Below, piece by piece: positions 8,128-19,434 of a stretch of 40,468 bases of DNA. Where the stretch lies: NCBI GenBank assembly GCA_046485285.1, contig JAWOHE010000064.1:1-40468 (forward strand). Reading direction: 5' to 3'. The notes under the pieces are model-generated. The model ran no database searches. It was given only the letters and a program-made list of their open reading frames with translations, and was not told the DNA's origin. The position numbers and the translations under genes were made by a program. The DNA comes from a bacterium (GTDB lineage: Bacteria > Hydrothermota > Tepidihabitantia > Tepidihabitantales > Tepidihabitantaceae). How positions within the stretch are numbered: position 1 is the stretch's first letter; each line of letters opens with the position of its first letter.

Positions 8128-9429
8128 TTACACTCGCTCGAGAAGCCGGGCCAGCTCCCCGGTCGCCAGCGGGCCTACCGCGCCGACTCGCGGCCGGCTG
8201 TCGTCGAATACCGCACCGACCAGCCGGTTGACGTCATCGAGCGCCAGCCGGCGGTAGGCCGCGACCGTCTCGTCGATGCCGACGACCCGGCCGAGCAGGT
8301 GCCGGGTCCGGGCCAGCCGGAGCATCCGGCTGGCCGGGCTCTCCTGCGCCAGCAGCACCGAGCTCAGGGTCATGTTCAGCGCGCGGTCGAACTCCTCGCG
8401 GCTGACGAGCTCGCGCCGGAACCGGGCGAGTTCCTCGTCGAGCACCGCGAGGCAGCGTTCCAGCCGCCGCCGGTCGGCGACGAAGTACACCGCCACGAGG
8501 CCGGTGTCGGCGTAGAGCTCGGTGAAGCTCGAAATCGAATATACCAATCCCTCGTCCTCGCGCAAGCGCTGGAACAGCCGTGACGACACCCCGCCGCCGA
8601 GGGCGTTGTTGAGGAGCGACAGGGCGTAGCGGCGCTCGTCGGCGTAGCCGAAGACCGGCCAGGCCAGACAGGCGTAGACCTGGGTGAGTTCGTCGCGGCG
8701 GCCGGTGAGGACCGCGGGCGGGCCGGCGACGGCCGGGGCGCGTGCCGGGCCCGGGCTCGTCGACGCCCGGGAGCCGAGCCGGGCATCGAGCGCCGCGGCG
8801 AGCTCGTCGTGGTCAACGTCGCCGACGACGACCGCGAGGCCGGTCCCGCAGTGGTAGCGCTCCGGGTAGAGGCGGCCGAGCAGCGTTGAGTCGAGCCCGG
8901 CTACCGATTCGAGCGTGCCGGCGACCGGCCAGCCCATCGGACCGTCCGGGTAGAGCGCCTCGAGGGTCAGGCCGAGGGCCTTCGAGTCAGGGTCCTCCTC
9001 GGTCGAGCGGATCTCCTCGGCGATGACGGCCTGCTCTTTCGCCAGCTCCGCCGGCGCGAAGGCGGGCCGGGCGACGATCTCGGCGAGGAGTTCCGTCGTC
9101 TCGCGTCGGGTGTCGCCCGGGCCGCGGCCGTAGAAGACGGTGAGCTCCTTGTCGGTGAAGGCGTTGAGCTCGGCGCCGAGCGACTCGCTCCGTACCGAGA
9201 TGTCGCGGGCCGACAGCCCGGGCGTGCCCTTGAAGACCATGTGCTCGAAGACGTGGGCGAGGCCGGCGGTCCCGGCCGGGTCGTCGCGGCTGCCGATCTT
9301 GAAGGCGAGCCCGAGCGCGACAGAGCTGACCCAGGGCAGGCGCTCGGAGATGAGCTCGAGCCCGCAGTCGAGCCGGGTCGAGCGGAGCTCGGCGGACGGC
9401 GGGGCAGGCCGGTCAGGTCTCACCTTCAC
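8128..9429 (-). CDS. M16 (pitrilysin family) zinc peptidase
   Basis: GSRDD...GLAHVFEHMVFKGT (HxxEH), LNAFT, LGGGVSSRLFQRLRE.EGLVYS; conserved position after pnp; exact start uncertain. Confidence 0.92.
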   Translation of the reverse strand: MKVRPDRPAPPSAELRSTRLDCGLELISERLPWVSSVALGLAFKIGSRDDPAGTAGLAHVFEHMVFKGTPGLSARDISVRSESLGAELNAFTDKELTVFYGRGPGDTRRETTELLAEIVARPAFAPAELAKEQAVIAEEIRSTEEDPDSKALGLTLEALYPDGPMGWPVAGTLESVAGLDSTLLGRLYPERYHCGTGLAVVVGDVDHDELAAALDARLGSRASTSPGPARAPAVAGPPAVLTGRRDELTQVYACLAWPVFGYADERRYALSLLNNALGGGVSSRLFQRLREDEGLVYSISSFTELYADTGLVAVYFVADRRRLERCLAVLDEELARFRRELVSREEFDRALNMTLSSVLLAQESPASRMLRLARTRHLLGRVVGIDETVAAYRRLALDDVNRLVGAVFDDSRPRVGAVGPLATGELARLLERV

Positions 9430-9432
9430 CCC

Positions 9433-9460
9433 ATCCCTCTCCCGGTGAAGGGAGAGGGAT
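9433..9460. repeat. REP-like hairpin ATCCCTCTCCC-GGTGAA-GGGAGAGGGAT
   Basis: Perfect 11-bp stem between pnp and the M16 gene. Confidence 0.7.
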
Positions 9461-9506
9461 AGTGCTGACCAGCGCGGGCTGGCACGGGCGGGCGCACCGC
9501 CGGGCG

Positions 9507-11729
<2,223 letters not shown>

Positions 11730-11732
11730 GGG

Positions 11733-12002
11733 CTAGCCCCGCAACCCGAGAGTTTCGACTACGTGGGCGTAGCGCTGCTTGTGGTGCTTGGACAGGTAGT
11801 CCAAGTGACGGCGCCGCTGGTTGACCAGCTTGATCAGCCCGCGACGGGAGTGTTTGTCCTTACCGTGTGTCTTCAGGTGCTCGCTCAGTAGATTGATCCT
11901 CTCGGAGAGGATGGCAACCTGCACCTCAGGGGAGCCGGTATCGGTCTCGTGCAGCCGGTAGTCCGCAATCAGCTGCCCCTTCTTCGTCTTCGTCATTACC
12001 AT
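11733..12002 (-). CDS. rpsO: 30S ribosomal protein S15
   Basis: [33 protein letters not shown]; rpsO-pnp synteny. Confidence 0.98.
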   Translation of the reverse strand: MVMTKTKKGQLIADYRLHETDTGSPEVQVAILSERINLLSEHLKTHGKDKHSRRGLIKLVNQRRRHLDYLSKHHKQRYAHVVETLGLRG

Positions 12003-12026
12003 AACTCTTCTTTTTCCTCCGCGTAC

Positions 12027-12054
12027 AGGATAGCCGGAACGGACGTGAAGTCAA
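12027..12054 (-). promoter_or_regulatory. sigma70-type promoter of rpsO-pnp (TTGACT-16-TATCCT)
   Basis: Hexamer match upstream of the GGAGG SD. Confidence 0.55.
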
Positions 12055-12070
12055 ACCGGGCCCGCCTGCC

Positions 12071-12100
12071 TTGACAGGCCGCACCCGCGGGCAGTAGAAT
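12071..12100 (+). promoter_or_regulatory. sigma70-type promoter (TTGACA-18-TAGAAT)
   Basis: Near-consensus hexamers upstream of the 12130 gene. Confidence 0.6.
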
Positions 12101-12129
12101 CGCCGCACGCATTTCAAACGGAGGTGTCG

Positions 12130-12942
12130 ATGCGCATCGCGATTCTGCTGTTCGCGTCCGGCCTCGCCGCCGTGACGGCCGAGCCCGCTGACCAGGATAC
12201 GGTGATTCACTATGACTCCGGCATAAGCACGATCTGGTGGTGTTCGGACCGCGACAGCTTCGGCGCCGGGGTGAGGTTCACGCCGGGCGAGTATCCCTGC
12301 GAGGTCATCGGCGCCCGGGCCGAGGTCAACCACGACGCCGGTGGACGGGAGATCTACCTGCGGGTCTGGGACGACGACGGCCCGGACGGGAAACCCGGCA
12401 CGGTTCTCTACGATGAGCTCAGGCTCGACATCCCGCCCAACCGGACGCCGGGATGGCAGGACTACCTCCTCACCGAGGTGGTGCGGGTCGACGAGGGCAA
12501 CTTCTACATTGTCTTCTGGCAGAGGAGCCCCTGGGACCTCGTCTTCTCGTCGGACGAGGCGATGACGTGGCCAGCGCGGCAGTGGTGGTATTTCCCTGAC
12601 CAGGGCTGGGTGACACCCTACGGGATGCACGCGAGCGACCACTTGGTCCGTGCGCTGGTGCGTTACGGCAGCGGGGTCGCGGAGGAGCCGGGTGGGCAGT
12701 TGCCACCCCGACTGGTCGTGGTGCCGAACCCGGTGACCGCAGGCCGGGCCGAACTCGTCCTGCCGGATAGCGATGCCGGCCCGGTTGCTGCGGTGCTCTG
12801 CGATGTCGCCGGCCGCGTCGTCAGGAGGTTCGACCTCGCGCCGGCGGCGCGCCGGCTCGACCTGCGCGGGCTCGCGCCCGGGGTCTACCTGGTCCGGGCC
12901 GCCGCGGGCGCGCACTCCACCCGGCTGGTCATTGCAGACTAG
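12130..12942 (+). CDS. Secreted protein with C-terminal T9SS/FlgD-like domain
   Basis: GGAGG SD; signal peptide MRIAILLFASGLAAVTA; C-terminus PNP...DVAGRVVR...LAPGVYLVR..TRLVIAD. Confidence 0.8.
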   Translation: MRIAILLFASGLAAVTAEPADQDTVIHYDSGISTIWWCSDRDSFGAGVRFTPGEYPCEVIGARAEVNHDAGGREIYLRVWDDDGPDGKPGTVLYDELRLDIPPNRTPGWQDYLLTEVVRVDEGNFYIVFWQRSPWDLVFSSDEAMTWPARQWWYFPDQGWVTPYGMHASDHLVRALVRYGSGVAEEPGGQLPPRLVVVPNPVTAGRAELVLPDSDAGPVAAVLCDVAGRVVRRFDLAPAARRLDLRGLAPGVYLVRAAAGAHSTRLVIAD

Positions 12943-13005
12943 CGGCCGGCTGCTTTTACACCACCGGGGTCCGCATCCGCCGCCGCCGGCCCGGTGCTAG
13001 GGACG

Positions 13006-14895
13006 TCAATCCACCAGCACGACGCGCAAGGTGCCAACGAGCCCATCGATCTCAACGAACACCACCCCGGCGGCGAACCCGGCCAAGTCGAGGCGCAGGG
13101 TCCTGCCGTCAGGGTGGGTCAGCGAGGTCGGCAGGCGGCGCAGGAGCCGCCCGGCGGCATCGCGGACCAGGGCGACCGGGGCGGCGGTCAGCGACCGGCT
13201 GAGGCGGACACGGACCGGGCCGGGACGCCGGACCGTCGGCCCGAAGAGCATCGGGCCGGCGACAGGCCGGGGCGCCGGTCCGGCCGTGGCGGCTTGCGGC
13301 GGCCGGTACCAGCCGGTGCGCTCCTTGTCGAACCGGAAGGTCGGGCAGGGAAGCCCGACCGGGTCGGAACGGCCCTCGGTCCGCCAGAGCTGGAAGGTGC
13401 CGTCCGAGCCGGACACCAGAATCTCGACGAACCCGTCCGAGTCGAGGTCAACGAGATACGGGGTGCGCGACATCGGGATGATGCCCTCGAGGAAGGCATA
13501 CGAGCCGCGGTCCGGGAGCCAGTAGGTCGGGAAGTCCGTTACCGGCCAGCCGGGCAGGGGACTGCCCGAGGCGTCGACGACGTAGAAGGTCGAGTCACAG
13601 CCGGCGGTGAGGATCTCCGGGGCCGGGTCGGCGTCGACATTCCCGGCGGCGGGCGAGTACCAGATGGCGTTGCGGGTCGGGACCGGGAAGCCGTGGATCG
13701 GCCCGCCGTCGGTCTTGAAGGCGTGAATCCGCCCGGCCCAGCGCGTGTTGCAGGCTTCGCGGCCCGAGGTGCCGACGATGATTTCGGGGCGAGCGTCGCC
13801 GCCGAGGTCGGCGAGCGCCGGGGTGGCAAAGGCCCGGGTGATCTCGCGCGTCGGCGGGTAGTAGCCGGCGTCGGTGTGGAGGTCTATCGGGAAGCCGGGG
13901 AGCATCGTGCCGAGCGTGTCGTAGCAGTCGAGCCAGCCGCCGCGACGGGCGACGATGATCTCCGGGATGCCGTCGCCGTCGAGGTCGCCGACCGCGGGCG
14001 AGGCGTAGTCGGGCGAGTAGGCGCCGCCCGGCCCCTCGGTCTGCCAGCTGCGTCGGACGGTGCCGTCGCCGTTGAGGATGAAGAGCCGTTTCTCGATGAC
14101 CGGGTAGGGGTAGGCGCGCTGGAAGTGGCCGGCGTGGCAGATGATCTCGACCATCCCGTCGCCGTCAAGGTCCGCGACAGCCGGGCTGGTGTAGGCTCCG
14201 TGCCGGTCGAGGGTGTCGGTCCAGAACAGATGCTTCCAGAGCGAGTCGCCGTTCGCCTTGAGCGCGTAGAGTCCGGCGCCCGGCTTGCGGATCGAGCCCA
14301 GGTCCGCGACCTGACAGATGACTTCCAGCCGGCCGTCGCCGTCGAGGTCCGCGACCGCGACCTCGGAATGGGTGTCGTGGTACGGGTCCTCCGGCCAGCC
14401 GGGCAGGATGAACGGCCAGCCGGGTTTGGTCGCGCCGGTCGCCCCGTCAAGCACGTAGACCCGGCCCTTGTAGAGCGGCGCGGACTCGAAGAAGGTCTCG
14501 GCGAAGGGAATGATGATGTCATCGCGCCCGTCGTCGTCGATGTCCGCGATGGTCACCGAGGCCATCTCCGGGTTGCCCGAGTAGCCCCAGGAGTCCTGCC
14601 ACATCACCGCCAGATCGTTGTCGAGCACGACGAGCTTCGATACGCTCAGGCCCGGGTTGCCGGGCGCGGGGAGGGACAGCCGGCAGGCGATCTCGAGCTC
14701 GGGGTCGGAGTCGAAGTTGCCGAGGTTGATGGTCACGCCCCATCGTCCCCCGAGGTCGACCAGCGTGTCGTCAAGGGCGTGCGGCCCGGCCGCGCCGTGG
14801 CTGAAGCCGGCAGGCGAGGTCCGGCAGACGGTCCGAGTTGCCCCGGGCGGGATGACGAGGCCCGTGAGCAGGGCGATGGCGGTTAATATCAGCAT
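13006..14895 (-). CDS. Secreted FG-GAP/VCBS-repeat protein with C-terminal T9SS-like domain
   Basis: Signal peptide; repeated (S/T)PAVADLDGDG..EII motifs; CTD DAAGRLLR...FAAGVVFVE; AAGGAGGAG SD; promoter TTGACG-16-GATAAT. Confidence 0.88.
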   Translation of the reverse strand: MLILTAIALLTGLVIPPGATRTVCRTSPAGFSHGAAGPHALDDTLVDLGGRWGVTINLGNFDSDPELEIACRLSLPAPGNPGLSVSKLVVLDNDLAVMWQDSWGYSGNPEMASVTIADIDDDGRDDIIIPFAETFFESAPLYKGRVYVLDGATGATKPGWPFILPGWPEDPYHDTHSEVAVADLDGDGRLEVICQVADLGSIRKPGAGLYALKANGDSLWKHLFWTDTLDRHGAYTSPAVADLDGDGMVEIICHAGHFQRAYPYPVIEKRLFILNGDGTVRRSWQTEGPGGAYSPDYASPAVGDLDGDGIPEIIVARRGGWLDCYDTLGTMLPGFPIDLHTDAGYYPPTREITRAFATPALADLGGDARPEIIVGTSGREACNTRWAGRIHAFKTDGGPIHGFPVPTRNAIWYSPAAGNVDADPAPEILTAGCDSTFYVVDASGSPLPGWPVTDFPTYWLPDRGSYAFLEGIIPMSRTPYLVDLDSDGFVEILVSGSDGTFQLWRTEGRSDPVGLPCPTFRFDKERTGWYRPPQAATAGPAPRPVAGPMLFGPTVRRPGPVRVRLSRSLTAAPVALVRDAAGRLLRRLPTSLTHPDGRTLRLDLAGFAAGVVFVEIDGLVGTLRVVLVD

Positions 14896-15003
14896 TGCTC
14901 CTCCTTGGCGTCTTCGCAGCCAGCCAGATTATCGGCCGCCCGGGCGGGCCGTCAATCCCGGCCGGCTTTACAGGGTCACCGGGCCCGCTATCCTTGGCCC
15001 CAG

Positions 15004-15756
15004 ATGACCGGCGACGACAGCACCAGCAGGCGGTTCCGCGGGGCCGGCGTGCCGACCCTGCTCACCGCTGTCTTCGTCGCCGGCGTCGCGGCCGGGTTCA
15101 TGCTCTACGGCCGCCAGCTCTGGACCCTCTTCCGCCACCCGGAGCAGCTGCGCGAGCTGATCGCGAGCTGGGGGGCGTGGGCACCGCTGGTGATCATCGC
15201 GTTCGAGGTGCTCCAGATAGTTGTCGCGCCCCTGCCGGGTCACGTCGTCGCCTTTGCGGTCGGCTACGCCTTCGGATTCTGGCCGGGCATCGCCTGGCTG
15301 ATGCTGGGCATCCTGCTCGGCTCGAGCCTGAGCTTCATGCTTGCGCGGCTGCTGGGCCGCCGGATCCTGCGCCACCTCGTTCCGCCCGCCCGGCTGGCCC
15401 GGCTCGACAGCGCGGTCGTGCGGCGCGGGACGCTATACATCTTCCTGCTGATACTGGTTCCGAACCCGGTCGGCGACCTTGCTTACTACCTCGCCGGGCT
15501 GACGCGCCTGCCATTCCCGCTGTTCCTCGCGATGGTCCTGGCCGCCCGGCTGCCGTCGAGCGCGATCGAGTCCGGCCTGGGGAGCGGCGCGACGCGATTC
15601 GGCACGGTCCAGTGGCTGGTCCTGGCCGGGGCGGCGCTGGTCCTGACCGGCCTGTATCTCGCCAATCAGAAGCGGATAGGCCGATTACTCGAGAAGTGGA
15701 GCCACGTCGGCCGGTTCGCCGGTCCCGGGCGCACGGGCGATCCGGCGGACCATTGA
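15004..15756 (+). CDS. TVP38/TMEM64 (DedA superfamily, VTT domain) membrane protein
   Basis: LQIVVAPLPG...GYAFG..G, LARLLGR, P..DLAYYLAGLT, ARLP; promoter TTTACA-16-TATCCT 9 nt before the ATG. Confidence 0.88.
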   Translation: MTGDDSTSRRFRGAGVPTLLTAVFVAGVAAGFMLYGRQLWTLFRHPEQLRELIASWGAWAPLVIIAFEVLQIVVAPLPGHVVAFAVGYAFGFWPGIAWLMLGILLGSSLSFMLARLLGRRILRHLVPPARLARLDSAVVRRGTLYIFLLILVPNPVGDLAYYLAGLTRLPFPLFLAMVLAARLPSSAIESGLGSGATRFGTVQWLVLAGAALVLTGLYLANQKRIGRLLEKWSHVGRFAGPGRTGDPADH

Positions 15757-15780
15757 CACGGTTTCGCGCGAACCTATAAT
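15753..15780 (+). promoter_or_regulatory. Consensus sigma70 promoter of valS (TTGACA-16-TATAAT), likely leaderless mRNA
   Basis: Perfect hexamers; ATG 8 nt after the -10 box; no SD. Confidence 0.8.
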
Positions 15781-15788
15781 TGCGCCGA

Positions 15789-18440
15789 ATGCCAGCCGTT
15801 CCCGACAGCGAGTTCCCCGCCCGCTACGACCCGAAGCCGGTCGAGGCGAAGTGGTATAAGTTCTGGGAGGACAGCGGGTTCCTGACCGCTGACCCCGGGT
15901 CGTCGAAACCCAAGTTCTCGATCGTCATTCCACCGCCGAATATCACCGGTTCCCTGCACGTCGGCCACGCGTTGAACAACTCCCTGCAGGACGCGCAGAT
16001 ACGGTTCAAGAAGATGCAGGGCTACGAAACCCTGTGGCTGCCGGGCACCGACCACGCGAGCATCGGCACTCACACCCACATCGACCGCGCCCTGGCCGCG
16101 GAGGGCACCGACCGGTTCAAGCTCGGGCGAGAGGAGTTCCTGAGGCGGGCCTGGGCGTGGAAGGAGAGGTACGGCGCTCGGATCATCGAGCAGTTGAAGC
16201 TCTTGGGCTGTGCCTGCGACTGGAGCCGGACCCGCTTCACGATGGACGAGATGTTGTCGCGGGCGGTGCGCGAGGCATTCGTGCGCTACTTCGAGGACGG
16301 GCTGATATACCGCGGTACGCGCATTGTCAACTGGTGCCCGCGCTGTCACACCGCGGTCTCCGACCTCGAGGTCAAGCACCAGGAGGTCAATAGCCACTGG
16401 TGGTACATCAGGTACCCGATAGCGGAAGGGGGAAGGGACCAAGGGGCAGGGGGACGAAGCGATGAAGGGTACGTCGTCGTGGCGACGACCCGGCCGGAGA
16501 CGATGCTGGGCGACACGGCGGTAGCGGTCAATCCCGGCGACGAGCGCTACCGGGCGCTGGTCGGCCGGGAGCTGCTCCTGCCGTTGGTCGGCCGGCGCAT
16601 CCCGGTCATCGCCGATGAGCTGGTGCTGTCGGATTTCGGCACCGGCGCGGTGAAGGTCACGCCGGCGCACGACGCCGCGGATTTCGAAATGGGCCGCCGC
16701 CACGGGCTCGAGTTCATCACCATAATCGGTGACGATGCCCGGATGACCAACAAGGTGCCGGCGAAGTACCGGGGGCTGTCCCGCGAGGAGTGTCGGAAGC
16801 GGGTCGTCACGGACCTCGAGGCCGAGGGACTGTTGGAGAGGACCGAGCCCTACCGGTTGAGCGCGAGCAGTTGCGAGCGGTGCGGGACCGCGGTCGAGCC
16901 GCTGGTCTCCGAGCAGTGGTTCGTCCGGATGGCGGAGCTCGCCCGGCCGGCGATCGAGGCGGTGGAATCGGGCCGGGTCCGGTTCATCCCGAAGCGCTGG
17001 ACCAGGGTCTATCTCGACTGGATGCACAATATCAGGGACTGGTGCATCTCGCGCCAGCTCTGGTGGGGGCACCGGATCCCGGTCTGGTACTGCGACTGCG
17101 GCGAGACCCTCGTCAGCCGCGAGGATCCGGCGGCGTGCCCGAAGTGCGGCCGGTCGGCGCTGCGCCAGGACGAGGACATCCTCGACACCTGGTTCAGCTC
17201 CGCGCTCTGGCCGTTCTCGACGATGGGCTGGCCGGAGAAGACCCCGGACCTCGCGGCGTTCTACCCGACCGACTTCCTCTCGACCGCGCCGGACATCATC
17301 TTCCTCTGGGTCGCGCGGATGATCTTCTCGGGCCTCAAGTTCGCGGGCGACATCCCGTTCTCGCGGGTCTACTTCCACTCGTTCATCCTCGTCGAGTCGG
17401 GCGAGCGGATGAGCCGGTCGAAGGGCGTCGGCATCGACCCGGTCGACATGTTCCGGAAGTACGGCACCGACGCGGTGCGGTTCACGCTCGCCTACCTTGA
17501 GAGCCAGTCCCAGAGCTACCGGCTGAGCGAGAAGCGGTTCGAGTTCGGCCGGAACTTCACCAACAAGGTCTGGAACGCGGCGCGCCTGCTCCACCCGCAC
17601 ATCGGCGCGGGGAACCCGTCCGGCCCGCGGCCGGGGCTGGCGCCGGTGGACGAGTGGATTATCGGCCGCTACAACCGGACGGTGGAGGCGGTCGGCGACG
17701 GGCTCGAAGGATGCGCGTACTCGCAGGCCGCGGCGCGGCTCTACGACTTCGTCTGGCACGAGCTGTGCGACTGGTACCTCGAGTTTGCCAAGCAGCGGCT
17801 CGCGGCCGACGACCCGGCCTGCCGCTGGACGCTCGGCCGGGTCCTGCGCGGGACCCTGCAGCTGCTCCACCCGTTCATGCCGTTCGTCACCGAGGAGCTG
17901 TGGCAGCGCTTTGCTTTCGGCGGCAGCATAATGCAGTCGGCGTGGCCGGCGGCGCTGGCGGTCGACCAGGCGCAGGTTGACGAGGTCGAGGCGATGCGCG
18001 CGCTCATCGGCGCGGTGCGTAACATCAGGGCCGAGATGCGGGTGCCGCAGAAGGCTGAGGTTGCGTGCGTGGTCAAGGCCGACGACGAGGAGCTCAGGCG
18101 TTTCCTCGCCGGCCACGTCGGGCTCATCCGGGCGATGGCGCGGGTCAGGGAGCTGACCTTCGCGGCCGAGCGGCCCGCCCAGTCGTCGCTGGCGGTGCTC
18201 GACGGCGTCGAGGTCTACGTACCGCTCGCGGACATCGTCGACATCGAGCAGGAGGCGGCCCGCATCCGCCGGGAAATCGGCGGCCTGCGCGAGGGGCTCG
18301 GGGCAATCGAGCGCAAGTTTGCGAGCCCCGGGTTCGTCGAGCGGGCACGGCCGGAGGTCGTCGAGAGCGAGCGCGAGCGCAGGGCCGCGCTCGAGGACAA
18401 GCTGGCCCGGCTCGAGCGCCAGCTGAGGTCGCTTCAATGA
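15789..18440 (+). CDS. valS: Valine--tRNA ligase
   Basis: PPPNITGSLHVGH, GTDHA, ATTRPET, DWCISRQLWWGHRIP, LDTWFSS, RMSRS (KMSKS equivalent), C-terminal coiled coil. Confidence 0.98.
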   Translation: MPAVPDSEFPARYDPKPVEAKWYKFWEDSGFLTADPGSSKPKFSIVIPPPNITGSLHVGHALNNSLQDAQIRFKKMQGYETLWLPGTDHASIGTHTHIDRALAAEGTDRFKLGREEFLRRAWAWKERYGARIIEQLKLLGCACDWSRTRFTMDEMLSRAVREAFVRYFEDGLIYRGTRIVNWCPRCHTAVSDLEVKHQEVNSHWWYIRYPIAEGGRDQGAGGRSDEGYVVVATTRPETMLGDTAVAVNPGDERYRALVGRELLLPLVGRRIPVIADELVLSDFGTGAVKVTPAHDAADFEMGRRHGLEFITIIGDDARMTNKVPAKYRGLSREECRKRVVTDLEAEGLLERTEPYRLSASSCERCGTAVEPLVSEQWFVRMAELARPAIEAVESGRVRFIPKRWTRVYLDWMHNIRDWCISRQLWWGHRIPVWYCDCGETLVSREDPAACPKCGRSALRQDEDILDTWFSSALWPFSTMGWPEKTPDLAAFYPTDFLSTAPDIIFLWVARMIFSGLKFAGDIPFSRVYFHSFILVESGERMSRSKGVGIDPVDMFRKYGTDAVRFTLAYLESQSQSYRLSEKRFEFGRNFTNKVWNAARLLHPHIGAGNPSGPRPGLAPVDEWIIGRYNRTVEAVGDGLEGCAYSQAAARLYDFVWHELCDWYLEFAKQRLAADDPACRWTLGRVLRGTLQLLHPFMPFVTEELWQRFAFGGSIMQSAWPAALAVDQAQVDEVEAMRALIGAVRNIRAEMRVPQKAEVACVVKADDEELRRFLAGHVGLIRAMARVRELTFAAERPAQSSLAVLDGVEVYVPLADIVDIEQEAARIRREIGGLREGLGAIERKFASPGFVERARPEVVESERERRAALEDKLARLERQLRSLQ

Positions 18441-19003
18441 AGAACACGCTCAGTTACGTCGGCTGGCTTGCTTTCCTGGCCGTGCTCGCGGTCGGGTTGA
18501 TTCTCTACAACGCGGTCCACCTGCCGGTCGCGCGCCGGCTCGCCCGCCAGCAGAACGAGATCGGGATGTGGACGGTCGAGGTCGAGTCCCTGCGCGCGCA
18601 GGCGGGCCGGGCCGCGGCGCCGGCCGAGACTGCCTTCGCCGCGGTCTTCACCTTCGAGGAGCTTTTCGGCGCCTCCGAGGGCCTTGCCATAGGCGCGGGC
18701 GGCGAGGGGACGCTCCGGGGCATCGTGACGATGCTCCAGCAGGCGCCGGGCGCGGTGACGGTGTCCGGTCACACCGACTCGGCCGAGCTGCCGGCAAAGG
18801 TCAAGGGGCTCTACCCGAGCCACTGGCACTACGGTGCGGCGGCCGCGGCCTCGGTCTGCTGGGCGCTCGCGGCCTGGGGCGTCGGGGCGGACCGGCTCGA
18901 GGTCCGGAGCGCCGGCGCCGGCCGGCCGCGCGACTCGAACGCGACCGCGGAGGGCCGGGCGCGCAACCGACGGGTCGAAATCCTCATCATCAAGGGCAGG
19001 TGA
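18437..19003 (+). CDS. OmpA/MotB-like peptidoglycan-binding membrane protein
   Basis: MKNTLSY start overlapping the valS stop; N-terminal TM; VSGHTDS...GRARNRRVEILI. Confidence 0.8.
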   Translation: MKNTLSYVGWLAFLAVLAVGLILYNAVHLPVARRLARQQNEIGMWTVEVESLRAQAGRAAAPAETAFAAVFTFEELFGASEGLAIGAGGEGTLRGIVTMLQQAPGAVTVSGHTDSAELPAKVKGLYPSHWHYGAAAAASVCWALAAWGVGADRLEVRSAGAGRPRDSNATAEGRARNRRVEILIIKGR

Positions 19004-19425
19004 TGACCCGGTGGGTCCTGCCACTCGCGGCGGCCGGGCTGGTGCTAGCCGCGCCGGCCGATTCCCTGCCGGCCGCGCCGGGGAAGTCGCCCGGCCGGGC
19101 GGTGCTGTTGTCGCTGGCGATTCCCGGCGGCGGGCAGGCCTACAACGGCCAGCTCTGGAAGACGGCGATTATCGCCCCGGCCGAGCTCGGGCTGGCCTGG
19201 CTCTCGGTGTGCGAGCACCGGGCCGCGACCGCGGCGCTCGCGGCCGGCGACGAGGCACGTTACGTCGCCCGGCGCGACCGGCGCAACGCCTTGCTTTACT
19301 TCACCGGCGCGGTGCTGGCCTACTCGATGGCCGACGCCTGGGTGTCGGCCCGGATGCACGGCTTCGACCGCCAGATGGAGTTCGCGGTCGGTCCGGGCCG
19401 GGTCGGGCTGAGCCTGCGAATCTGA
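19003..19425 (+). CDS. Membrane protein, DUF5683-like
   Basis: TGATG coupling; KSPGRAVLLSLAIPGGGQAYNG..WK, YSMADAWVSA. Confidence 0.7.
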   Translation: MTRWVLPLAAAGLVLAAPADSLPAAPGKSPGRAVLLSLAIPGGGQAYNGQLWKTAIIAPAELGLAWLSVCEHRAATAALAAGDEARYVARRDRRNALLYFTGAVLAYSMADAWVSARMHGFDRQMEFAVGPGRVGLSLRI

Positions 19426-19434
19426 GGTGACGCA

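Noticed and set aside
15774-18437. Long antisense ORFs (887 aa here; also 6670-8583, 10260-11891, 12994-14886, 35781-37691)
   Set aside because: Shadow ORFs opposite well-conserved genes, typical of high-GC DNA
18437-19003. Flagellar stator MotB
   Set aside because: No motA partner and no conserved TM Asp motif; called generic OmpA-like
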